Source: Phycisphaerae bacterium (GTDB taxonomy: Bacteria; Planctomycetota; Phycisphaerae; UBA1845). Taken from it: 64,000 nucleotides of DNA. The position numbers and the translations under genes were made by a program. The notes under the pieces were generated by a model that had not been told where the DNA came from, searched no databases, and saw nothing but the letters and a program-made list of their open reading frames with translations. Location of the stretch: the NCBI GenBank assembly GCA_029260215.1, contig JAJDDQ010000075.1, positions 27,127-91,126 on the forward strand, given 5' to 3'. Every line of letters starts with the position of its first letter. Position 1 is the stretch's first letter. Shown here one piece after another: positions 42,581-52,126 of this stretch.

Positions 42581-44677
42581 TCAATGCCTAGCGAAAAAAA
42601 GGCGAGCACCGCAGCGCCCGCCTCTGAAAAACGTCCGAAAAAACAGCCTACCGGATGCTTCGGGACCCCCCGCAGTGACCACGACGACAGCCGGCGTCTT
42701 GCTTGTAATTTGGATTACGTCGCGATCTTCCGCACCGATCAGAAACGTCTGGTCGGCGGGGACGTTGTTGTGCACCAAATCGATCACGAACGTGCCCAGC
42801 GCGTCGTCGGAGGCGCGATAGGTGAAGGTAGCCAGGTAACCCTTGCCAGCCGTTGCGACGGCTTCGCTGCCGAGATGCAGGCCGCTGAGCATCTGACTAG
42901 TTTGCACGTTGAACGCATCAAACACACCACCGGCATCGGCAAACACAGCGTCGTCGCGATCGGCCACCAACACGTCCACCAACTCCAGCGATCCGCTACG
43001 ACCGCCGGACACGCCGGTATGCAACTGATAACCGCTCAAAGCGTTCAGCGGATCATTGATGTATGCCTGAACCTGAAACGTCGCGCCACGGCGCACCGTG
43101 CGGCGACTGCTTTCCAACGTCAGGCCCGTACCGCCGACCACCAAGGGAGTGACCTCCGGAGCCGGACCGCCTAAGCAGTTGCACGGGTTCACTTCCGCGA
43201 AACATGTCAGGGCCTGGTTGGCGTCGAAAAGATTGCAGAATCCGTCAGGCACACAACTGCCGAATGCGCCGCCCGCGTCTATGTTTATGCGCGGGCAAGT
43301 ATCGAGACCCGCGAAATTCGTAAAGCACAGCACCGCCATGTTGAAGTCAAAATTGTTGCAAAACCCGTCCGGCTCGCAGTTGAACATTGGGCCGCCCATA
43401 TCCGACGGATGGGCCAAGGCAGCAAAAACGCAGGCGTCCGGATCACCAAACACACATACTGCGCTCGAATCCCCACAGTCCTGGGAGGCACTAGTCCCAT
43501 CACAAGGCCTGCTCGGATCATTGGAACACGTGCCCAGACCACACTGCCACCACGTGCAAACGTCATCGGTGATACCATCCGGCCCCGCCGCCAAAGTCTC
43601 GTTGTCAAGCCGATCAGCACACTCCGAAGCGTTTCCGCCGACGGAGCAAGTACCCACGCACGGCTGACAAGTACCCATGCACGCCACATCGAATGTACCG
43701 GCATCATCACCATTGATCTGAATGACGTAATCCTGGCCCTGGGACACCTTCGCCGGCGCATCGCCGTTGCCGCAGAGAAGGCTGTTGGCATCGCCAGCCA
43801 AACACGCATCGGCTGTGTCGTAAATCGCCGGCGTCGCGTTGCCGCTGGACACGTTGACGCTGAGTATGCCGGAACATGTGGCTGTATAGGTGTACCATGT
43901 GTCGCCACCGGCGAGGCAACTGTCGTTGCCGTCCTCGGTCGAGCAGACGTTGCCGTAGCCGTTCGAGCCGTCGGCGGCTTGTTTGGGCGCAGCACAATCA
44001 TCACCAATGTCGCTGCCGACGATGATCGTCAGATTCTGCAACCCGCTGCTGCCCAGGATATAGGGTACACCATTGGCGACGTTGAACGCAGTGCCACCAT
44101 CCGGCACGCCGCCGGAAGGAACCCACGCCAGCTCGAATTCACCACACGCATCCGCGGACGCCGTAAATTGGAATTCCGCCAGATACCGGGCAGCCGGAAC
44201 GCGACATTGAAAAAAGGGATCGACGAACGATTGAGAAACACCAAAACCATCCGTCGGACCACCGCCGATCGTCTCGTGGTACACAGCCTCATTTATCGGG
44301 TTCGCACGGCAGAGCATAAACACGAACTCAGGATTCCCAGTGTCGACAAAAACCGAGTTGCCCGCCGGTGCCGGTGCGACGGGGGGAAGATCGACATAGA
44401 CGACCGAACCGGTCGCGTCGCCTTGTGGTACGGCGGCATCGCGCAGAATTACCCGATAGCCCTGCGGTCTCTGGACGTCGCCCGCACCGTTAAGAAACGC
44501 TTAAATCGTCGCGGTCTCGCCCGAATTCATCATCATGACCGTGTTGCCCGAAGTTGGCTGAGAGTTCTGCTCACCGGGGGGCGAAAGAAACGCCATCGGA
44601 TTCTCCTGGCCAATCACCAACTCACCAGGAACACCCAGCAGACATGCGCAAAGAAAACATGCTTTCAAGATTTTCAT
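42581..44677 (-). pseudogene. decaying paralogue of the cohesin-like secreted protein family (in-frame TAA plus 3' -2 frameshift)
   Basis: Reading from ATG 44675-44677 (MKILKACFLCACLLGV...) the frame is co-linear with the 44775-47219 paralogue. A TAA at 44501-44503 replaces the His codon of ..ETATVHAFLDG.., and a 2-nt deletion near 42660 replaces the family tail ..TSG(T/A)SRSIR-stop with a 23-aa extension. Confidence 0.6.
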
Positions 44678-44774
44678 GTATCCATCCTTGTTACAGCACC
44701 CAAAATAATCGTCTGAAAGAGACGAGCGGAGCGTCCCCGGACGTTTCAGCCCGCCCCGCACGTTTTCTCCGGTA

Positions 44775-47219
44775 CTACCGGATGCTTCGAGAGGTGCCCG
44801 AAGTGACAACAACGACAGCCGGAGTCGAGTCCGTGATCTCAACCTTGTCACGATTGCCCGCACCGATCAGAAAGCTCTGATCCTTAGCGGATTCGTCGTG
44901 CAAAATGTCGATCACGAACGTGCCGACCGCGTCGTCGGATACACGATATGTAAACGTAGCCAAGTAGCCCTTGGCGACCGTCGCGACATGACCGTCATGC
45001 AAGCCGCTGAGCATCTGGCTCGCATCGATGTTGAACGCCTCAAACACGCCGCCGGCATCGACGAACACACAGTCGTCGCGGTCCGCGACCGACACGTCCA
45101 CCAGCTCCAGCGAACCGCCGCGACCACCGGACACGCCCGCGTGCAATTGGTAACCGCTCAAAGCGTTCAGAGGGCTATTAATGTAAGCATGCACCTGAAA
45201 CGTCGCACCACGACGCACCGTGCGGTTGCTGCTTTCCAGCGTCAGGCTTGTACCGCCGACAACTCTTGGCGAAATCTCAGGGGCAGGCCCGCCCGAGCAG
45301 TTGCATTGGTTCGCACCCGTGAAACAGAATCCGACATGGTTGGCATCAAACACGTTGCAGAACCCATCAGGCCTACAACTACCGAACGGGCCGCCCGCGT
45401 CGACGTTGATACGTGGGCAGACGTTAGCACTCGCGAAACACAACAATGCTGCGTTGATATCGCTGTTATTGCAGAGTCCGTCCGGCTCGCAGTTGGCCAT
45501 CACGCCGCCCATATCCGACGGGTGACGCAGCACAACGGGAATACAAGTCTCCGGATCAATAAACACACACACTTCCCCCGCCTCGTCGCAATCCCCGTCA
45601 GAGTCACAAGGCTTGCTCAAATCGCCGATACACGCTCCGCCTCCGCATTGCCACCAAACACAGACATCGTCGGTGATGCCATCAGGGGACTCCTCCATCG
45701 TGACGTTGTTCACAACGTCGGCACACTCAGCGGCGCTTCCATCGGCCGTACAGAACGTCGTTTCGGCACCACAAACACAAACACCTGCGTCGCAGAACGC
45801 AACGGCATTACCACCCGATTGGCAAAAAGCGTTGCCGCCAGCCGAGCAATCGGCACCTATCAACTCCTGATTAACACAGCCGGTCGTTGGCTGGGCCTTT
45901 GGATCGTCCTGATCACAGTAGTCAACCGTGCAACTATCAAAATCGAAGCATGACCTCAGGTTCCCGGTGCAGGAACCGCCCCCCACAATCGCGTTAAGCG
46001 GTTCACCAGAACACCTGTCGCTTTGGGTGCAAATATCCCAATCGTTGCAGTTAAGAGACGAGCTTGCAGGAACGTACACGCAGCCGAGACGCGAATTGCA
46101 ACTGATGTTGGTGCAGTCAAGATCGACGTCGATGCCGTCGACAAGCCCAGCCTGCGTCACGCAATCCTGAACGACCGTGCCGGTATCGACACCGTTCGAT
46201 GCCGTGTAGATATGGCCGGGCGTGCACTGAACCCTACATCCGATTTCAAACGTGCCACTGTCGTCGCCGTTGATCTGAATGATGTAATCCTGACCCCGAA
46301 ACACCGTCGCCGATGTTCCGCCGTTGCCGCAGAGAATGCTGTTGTCGTCACCAGCCGAGCACGCATCTTCAGCATCGTAGACCGCCGGTGTCGCCTCGCC
46401 GCTGGTAACGTTGACGCGCAGGTTGCCCGTACATGTGGCAGTATACGTGTACCAGGTATCGCCACCCGCAAAGCAACCGTCGCTACCATCTTCGGTGGCA
46501 CAGCCGTTGATGTAATCGTTCGAGCCGTCGGCGGCCGGGTTCGGCGCAGCACAGTCATCGCCCCCGCCGACGATGATCGTCAAGTCCTGAAACCCGCTCG
46601 TGCCCATAAAGAACTGGGCACCGGCAGCGACGTTGAGGAACGCACCACCGGCAGGCGTACCGTTGAACGGTACCCACGCCAGCTCGAATTCACCGCACGC
46701 ATCCGCGGACGCCGTAACTTGGAATTCAGCCAGGTACCGAATGCTCGGAACCGCACATTCGGAAAACAGGTTGCCCAATGATTGGATAAGCCCAAAGCCA
46801 TCCGTCGCGCCGCCGCCGAGCGTCTCGTTGAAAAACGGAGAGCCGGTACCAGAGCACTGCAACACAAAGTCAACGTTCAGAGGGTCGACGAGAATCGAGT
46901 TGCCCGTCACTGCCGGCGCGATCGGCGGAAGATCGACATAGACGATCGAACCGGTCGCGGCACCCTGCGGCACAGCCGCGTCGCGCCAGATCAGCTGATA
47001 GCCCTGCAGCAACTGCCCGTCACCCGTTCCGTCGAGAAAGGCATGAACGGTCGCGGTTTCGCCCGGACTCATCGTTAAGACGGTGTTGCCCGATGTCGGC
47101 TGAGCGCTCTGCTCGCCGGGGCGTGAAAGAAATGCTCTCGGATTTTCCTGGCCAGTCGCGGATACGCCCGCAAAAATCGACAGACAAACACAATAGCAAC
47201 ACAATTTCTGTAAATTCAT
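44775..47219 (-). CDS. secreted protein: N-terminal cohesin-like domain, PPC-like domain, Cys-rich region, Cys-braced dockerin-like pair, C-terminal cohesin-like domain
   Basis: ATG 47217-47219 follows GAAGGAG. Signal peptide MNLQKLCCYCVCLSIFAGVSATG. LLQGYQLIW, DTWYTYTATC...GQDYIIQINGDD, CEPDGLCNNSDIN...CRPDGFCNVFDAN, and a C-terminus ...LSGYQLHAGVSGG...GYLATFTYRVSDD...VVVVTSGTSRSIR. Confidence 0.8.
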   Translation of the reverse strand: MNLQKLCCYCVCLSIFAGVSATGQENPRAFLSRPGEQSAQPTSGNTVLTMSPGETATVHAFLDGTGDGQLLQGYQLIWRDAAVPQGAATGSIVYVDLPPIAPAVTGNSILVDPLNVDFVLQCSGTGSPFFNETLGGGATDGFGLIQSLGNLFSECAVPSIRYLAEFQVTASADACGEFELAWVPFNGTPAGGAFLNVAAGAQFFMGTSGFQDLTIIVGGGDDCAAPNPAADGSNDYINGCATEDGSDGCFAGGDTWYTYTATCTGNLRVNVTSGEATPAVYDAEDACSAGDDNSILCGNGGTSATVFRGQDYIIQINGDDSGTFEIGCRVQCTPGHIYTASNGVDTGTVVQDCVTQAGLVDGIDVDLDCTNISCNSRLGCVYVPASSSLNCNDWDICTQSDRCSGEPLNAIVGGGSCTGNLRSCFDFDSCTVDYCDQDDPKAQPTTGCVNQELIGADCSAGGNAFCQSGGNAVAFCDAGVCVCGAETTFCTADGSAAECADVVNNVTMEESPDGITDDVCVWWQCGGGACIGDLSKPCDSDGDCDEAGEVCVFIDPETCIPVVLRHPSDMGGVMANCEPDGLCNNSDINAALLCFASANVCPRINVDAGGPFGSCRPDGFCNVFDANHVGFCFTGANQCNCSGGPAPEISPRVVGGTSLTLESSNRTVRRGATFQVHAYINSPLNALSGYQLHAGVSGGRGGSLELVDVSVADRDDCVFVDAGGVFEAFNIDASQMLSGLHDGHVATVAKGYLATFTYRVSDDAVGTFVIDILHDESAKDQSFLIGAGNRDKVEITDSTPAVVVVTSGTSRSIR

Positions 47220-47260
47220 GCCTAACTCCTTCTGGCCACCACCTCCATTTGATCGAATTC

Positions 47261-47313
47261 GCAACCCTAAGTCAAAAGAAACCGGGCGGGGACGAGCACC
47301 AATTGGCTCGCCC
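47261..47313 (-). terminator. intrinsic terminator after the 47352-51941 gene
   Basis: GC-rich hairpin at 47272-47313 (about 11-13 bp with one bulge, 8-nt loop). On the minus strand it is followed by TTTCTTTTGAC and starts about 40 nt after the stop codon. Confidence 0.55.
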
Positions 47314-47351
47314 CGCGCCCGGGTCTTCACTCTACGTTAGCGTAAGCTCCG

Positions 47352-50300
47352 CTAGCGGATGCTTCGGGATGCACCCGAAGTGACAACAACGACAGCCGGA
47401 GTCGTCTTTGTGATTTCAATCTTGTCACGATCGTCCGCGCCGACCAGGAATGTCTGGTCGCCGGCAGACTCATCGTGCAGGATGTCAATCACGAACGTAC
47501 CGACCGCGTCATCAGACACGCGATAGGTGAACGTGGCAAGATAACCCTTGCCAGCCGTCGCGACGAAACCGTCGCCGTGCAGACCGCTGAGCATCTGACT
47601 CGTGCCCACGTTGAACGCGTCAAAAACGCCGCTGGCGGTGGCGAACACATCATCGTCGCGATCCGCGATCGACACATCCACCAACTCAAGCGAGCCGCTG
47701 CGACCACCGGTCACACCCGTGTGTACCTGGTAACCGCTCAAGGCGGCCAGTGGACTGTTGACGTACGCCTGCACCTGGAACGTCGCACCGCGACGCACTG
47801 TACGGTTGCTGGTTTCGAGCGTCAGGCCCGTGCCACCGACAATATTCGGCCCCATCTCGGGAGCGGGGCCACCGACCGGCTCGCAGAAGCCGCCAGTACA
47901 GACGCCGGAAATGCATTCGCTGGGAAGCGTACACGCATTGCCCGGAGTGCAGGTACAAGGGTTCGCAACCGCAAAGCAGGATGCGGCGTGGTTGGCATCG
48001 AACAGGTTGCCGAAGCCGTCCGGCGGGCAGGCACCAAACGGACCCCCCGCGTCGATGTTGATACCCGAACACGGGTTCGCAGTGGCGAATCTCAACAACG
48101 CATGGTTGATGTCGGCGTTGTTGCAGAAGCCGTCCGGCTCGCAATTACCGAACCCACCACCCATATCCGACGGATCGGTCAACGCGACAGACAAGCATTC
48201 GTCCGGAGCACTGGGCACGCACGGACCACCCGCCCCGCAGTCGCTGTCCTCGCTACAAGGCTGGGTCGGATCGCCGGTGCACGTTCCACCCCCACACTGC
48301 CACCACACGCAGACATTATCGGTCTTGTTGTCGGCTCCCGGTGCCAAAGTCACGTTGTCGACAAGGTCCGCACACTCGTCCGCGCCACCACCTGGGCAGC
48401 TCGGCCCCGTCGGGAAAACACACGTGCTGGGGCATCCATCGCCGTCCATGACGTTGCCATCGTCGCAATCTTCGCCGAGTTCAACGTAACCATTGCCGCA
48501 CGAGATACACGCATCAACGCACGTCGGCGTGAACGTGTGAGCACACGGATCGGTCAACGCGTCTATCAGAACCAGCGATGCCGCTTCATCCACACCGAGA
48601 AGGGCACCGTCAGCAGAGATATCCCATTCAGCGGCGTTAAATGTCGCAGTGGGCGAAACCACCGTCGGCAAACGACGGGCGAGCGTATCCTGCATCGCCC
48701 ATACAGGCGAGAAATCGTTGGAATTCGCCACCTCGCCGATCACACCGTAAATGTCTAATAGCGTCGCGTTGGTACCGTTTCCGACCGCCAATCCGCGATA
48801 AAGAACGACCGGATCGTTTCCGTTGATGAACGGGCCGCTCGCATCTGCCACAGGATCACAGTCCGTGCCGTAGATGTTCTCGAAATTCGGCGCGCCCGCG
48901 AAGTCATACGCGAAGATGGCCGACTCGCCAGGCAGCAAAATGCCCGACAAAGCCGTGGCACTGCCGCCACCAAGGTTTCCGGTCTCATTCGGGAAATTCC
49001 CCGCACTGTATGCGGAGAGGTTCGCTTCACGGCAACCCGTATTGGTGATCTCGACGTAGCGCGGCGCGTCCGAGTCGAACGGGCCCAATGGATCAATCGT
49101 GATCGTTCCTTCAACGACCTCCGAAATGATCAACTGTGTCGCTGGCGGGCAATCGCACATTGGCAGTCCAAGACAAGCGCTGCCGTCGCCGAGGTAGCGT
49201 CCACCGTTCGTTTCGCAAACAAGCTGCGTCACCGGGTCAAGACACGTGCCTTCCGTGCAACAGGCACCTTCAGCGCCGACCACAGGACAGGTAAAGCCCA
49301 CCGACTCGCACAAATTCGTGCCGTCGAAGAACAAGCCCAACCCGTCACAGAAATCCTCAGCCGTGTTGAAACAGGTCTGAAGCTGATCGCAACAGGCACC
49401 AAGCACATCATCACCAAATGCACAGTCCACCACACCCGGCGAACCAACATCATTCGGGGAGAACGTGCCATCGTCGATCGCATTGACCGCTGCGTTCACA
49501 CCCAGCAACGAATCGACCCAGTTCAGACCTGAATCATTGTCACCTTGCGGATCGGCACCATTGATCGCCGTACACAATAAGCGAATACCTATGCCCTGGC
49601 CGCTCGCGGGCCAATCGCCCGTATTCTCATAGTTGGCTTCGTCAATCGTGATGCCGTTGGCACCGCCCGGCTGGCGGATTGTCAACACCTCGTTCGTCGC
49701 GGTCGGGCCGTTGGACAAACCAAACGTCGAACCCCAACCGGACACCGCAAACACCTGCGCACCAGCCGCAGTAGACCAAGCCGCCTGGAAGTCAGCAGCA
49801 GCGGTCATGCCCACGTTTTCAGCGGTAATCACAACAGCCTCACCCGGTCCGATCATCGTGCCCATCGGCAAAGCACCAGCCGCTCCGTCCTCATCAGCAA
49901 GGAACCAGCCGCCAATGTCGATCGTCGATCCGCCGAAGTTGTAGATTTCCGCCCATTCCGTCGCCGGCTCAGAGCCCGACGGATTGTAGAGAATCTCCGA
50001 AATCACGATCGTCGGTGGCGCGGGACACATTACCGGCAAAGAACACAAATCCGGGCCCAGGAACGTACCGCCAGCCACGCTGCACTCGATCTCACTCTGA
50101 TCGCCGCATACGCCAAGGATGCAGCAGGCAGCTGGCGTGCAATCCAGCGTGCCGCACGTATCGCCGACCGAGAACGCTCCAGTAATGCCGACATCCGCAT
50201 CTTCACATTCCACCCGGCTGACCGAGTCCGTGCATGTACCCTGGAAACAGCAAGCGCCGCACTCGTTGGCGGTACCCGGCGTATCGCTGCCGACGGCTGT

Positions 50301-51941
50301 GATAAAGCTTGCAATCTGCCACCCACCCGTGCCGTCGTCGCAACGGAAACTGTGAGCCGGCACGACTTCGCCGAACGACGCGATGTCCGGCCCGATCGAC
50401 GCGCCGCAATAGGTTTCGTTGCCATCGACAGACGTGTTGAACAACGTGATGCAATCGACAACCGACGTCCACGGTGTTGTGTCCAGCACACCGTCGTCAT
50501 CCGTATCGAGATCGTCATCCAAAGCGCCCGTGAATCCGCTGACGAGCATGTGTGTGACATTGTCGCCGTTCTCGAAATTCAAAATCTGCATCAAATCCGG
50601 CGTACCGGAAAGAATGTACGACGGCTCCGTGCCCAGGAAAAAGCCCGACCCGTTAAGCGAAAGCGCGCCAAGATCGATCGCTTCCTCAACCACGCCCGAA
50701 CCGTTGATCATGTTGAAATCATCGCCGAGCACGATGTACGTCAAACCAGCCAACGATGCATTCGCCGGTCCAGTCAACTCAAAATACTCAGCCTGGTCGT
50801 CGGGGTTGATAGCGCTTTCGGCATCGGTGCGAAGTTCGTTGATCGTCACGCCCGTCGGTGCGGCACAAACCTGCGCGTTGCAAAGTGAAGCGTCGCCACC
50901 GTACACGCCGCCGCCCTGCTCACAAACCGCCTGCCTCACATCTGCGTAACAGTTCCCGCCAGAGCAGCAGGCCCCAACCGCAACGCAGGATTCCGCGCAT
51001 GTCTGGTTGGCATTGAACAATTCCGTGGGACCGGTGCAGGCAGTAGCCAGCACGCTCTCCACGCAACTGAAATTACTGGTATCGCAGCACGCGCCCGTGG
51101 CAGGGCCAACCAGTGGCTCGCAAATACCCGGCGACGGCGCGGTAAACACGCTGTCCCAGGTAACCGCGATGTTCTCGGTCGTCTCATCGTGACCCGTAAT
51201 CCCGTTGCCGCTAACCGCGACCTCGTCCGCACCCTCCAGTGCGATACGCTTCGTGGAAAAACCGAAACCCGGATCCCCACTCTGCTGCGGCATGGTCACC
51301 GCATCAGCAAGGTAGTTGGTTGCAATGGCGTCAGCGTCGGGGCCGTCAACAGACACCAACGATTTGTCCGCGATGGCGTTGACGATCGTAGGCGTACCGA
51401 CATTCACCATGTCAACGTCTTGGACCAGATCGCTCACACCGTCCCAGAAGAACAGCACGACGTTCTCACCGCTATTGGAAAGCCCCATAGCGAAGCCACC
51501 CATCGGAGGCTCGAACTCGATAATCATGTCCGGAACCGTGCCGTCCGTCGAATTGATTTCGTAGTCCGCAGTGTTGCCGGGAAACGTCGCCGCGAAGCCG
51601 GTACCGTCGAACGCGATGACTTGCACCTCGTTGGCAGCGATCATCGCACCAGCCGGAAACCGCACAATGAAGTCACTGCTCACGCCAACCGGAGCCGGTC
51701 CACCTCCCGATACGCCCGGAATCAACGCGTAATCCGCATAATCCGACAGATAGTAATTGCTCAAATCAATCGTACCCGCCGTAGGATTGACGATCTCGAT
51801 GTATTCGCCCGCCGTCGGTGTCACAACCACCTCACACAACAGCAGATGATCGTTCACCGGCACGCCGGCAGACGCCGACGAGCACAGCCAAGCAATACTG
51901 CACGCAAGCGTGAGCATTCGTCCTCTGATACTGAGTTGCAT
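47352..51941 (-). CDS. giant secreted protein: several lamin-tail domains, 6 GACC modules, Cys-braced dockerin-like pair, C-terminal cohesin-like domain
   Basis: ATG 51939-51941 lies 6 nt after TAAGGAGG. Signal peptide MQLSIRGRMLTLACSIAWLCSSASA. LTDs LLLCEVVVTPTAGEYIEIVNP, VTINELRTD...EYFELTG, IVISEILYNPSG...EWAEIYN and LIISEVVEG...RYVEITN. The C-terminal ~190 aa is roughly 85% identical at DNA level to the two downstream paralogues. Confidence 0.85.
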   Translation of the reverse strand: MQLSIRGRMLTLACSIAWLCSSASAGVPVNDHLLLCEVVVTPTAGEYIEIVNPTAGTIDLSNYYLSDYADYALIPGVSGGGPAPVGVSSDFIVRFPAGAMIAANEVQVIAFDGTGFAATFPGNTADYEINSTDGTVPDMIIEFEPPMGGFAMGLSNSGENVVLFFWDGVSDLVQDVDMVNVGTPTIVNAIADKSLVSVDGPDADAIATNYLADAVTMPQQSGDPGFGFSTKRIALEGADEVAVSGNGITGHDETTENIAVTWDSVFTAPSPGICEPLVGPATGACCDTSNFSCVESVLATACTGPTELFNANQTCAESCVAVGACCSGGNCYADVRQAVCEQGGGVYGGDASLCNAQVCAAPTGVTINELRTDAESAINPDDQAEYFELTGPANASLAGLTYIVLGDDFNMINGSGVVEEAIDLGALSLNGSGFFLGTEPSYILSGTPDLMQILNFENGDNVTHMLVSGFTGALDDDLDTDDDGVLDTTPWTSVVDCITLFNTSVDGNETYCGASIGPDIASFGEVVPAHSFRCDDGTGGWQIASFITAVGSDTPGTANECGACCFQGTCTDSVSRVECEDADVGITGAFSVGDTCGTLDCTPAACCILGVCGDQSEIECSVAGGTFLGPDLCSLPVMCPAPPTIVISEILYNPSGSEPATEWAEIYNFGGSTIDIGGWFLADEDGAAGALPMGTMIGPGEAVVITAENVGMTAAADFQAAWSTAAGAQVFAVSGWGSTFGLSNGPTATNEVLTIRQPGGANGITIDEANYENTGDWPASGQGIGIRLLCTAINGADPQGDNDSGLNWVDSLLGVNAAVNAIDDGTFSPNDVGSPGVVDCAFGDDVLGACCDQLQTCFNTAEDFCDGLGLFFDGTNLCESVGFTCPVVGAEGACCTEGTCLDPVTQLVCETNGGRYLGDGSACLGLPMCDCPPATQLIISEVVEGTITIDPLGPFDSDAPRYVEITNTGCREANLSAYSAGNFPNETGNLGGGSATALSGILLPGESAIFAYDFAGAPNFENIYGTDCDPVADASGPFINGNDPVVLYRGLAVGNGTNATLLDIYGVIGEVANSNDFSPVWAMQDTLARRLPTVVSPTATFNAAEWDISADGALLGVDEAASLVLIDALTDPCAHTFTPTCVDACISCGNGYVELGEDCDDGNVMDGDGCPSTCVFPTGPSCPGGGADECADLVDNVTLAPGADNKTDNVCVWWQCGGGTCTGDPTQPCSEDSDCGAGGPCVPSAPDECLSVALTDPSDMGGGFGNCEPDGFCNNADINHALLRFATANPCSGINIDAGGPFGACPPDGFGNLFDANHAASCFAVANPCTCTPGNACTLPSECISGVCTGGFCEPVGGPAPEMGPNIVGGTGLTLETSNRTVRRGATFQVQAYVNSPLAALSGYQVHTGVTGGRSGSLELVDVSIADRDDDVFATASGVFDAFNVGTSQMLSGLHGDGFVATAGKGYLATFTYRVSDDAVGTFVIDILHDESAGDQTFLVGADDRDKIEITKTTPAVVVVTSGASRSIR

Positions 51942-52126
51942 CCTGACCTCCTTAGTCAACCAATTGAAATTCTGTCGCACCCAGTCCAACCGCCTCTACC
52001 ACCAGCGACCTTCGCCGGATCGAACAAACAGCTGGACAATTAATCAAAAAAACTCGTTACTACATTCCGCACAACCACCGGCCGCGCATTGAAACGCACA
52101 TCAGGCCGATGCTGGACAAACGCAAA

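Noticed and set aside
42581-42660. Basic/hydrophobic C-terminal extension GRLFFRTFFRGGRCGARLFFARH as a possible sorting signal
   Set aside because: It is produced by a 2-nt deletion relative to the two paralogues. The original tail and TAG are still visible out of frame, so it is a frameshift artefact.
43409-44716. 435-aa plus-strand ORF spanning the interrupted paralogue
   Set aside because: Antisense shadow. The minus frame is co-linear with two intact paralogues.
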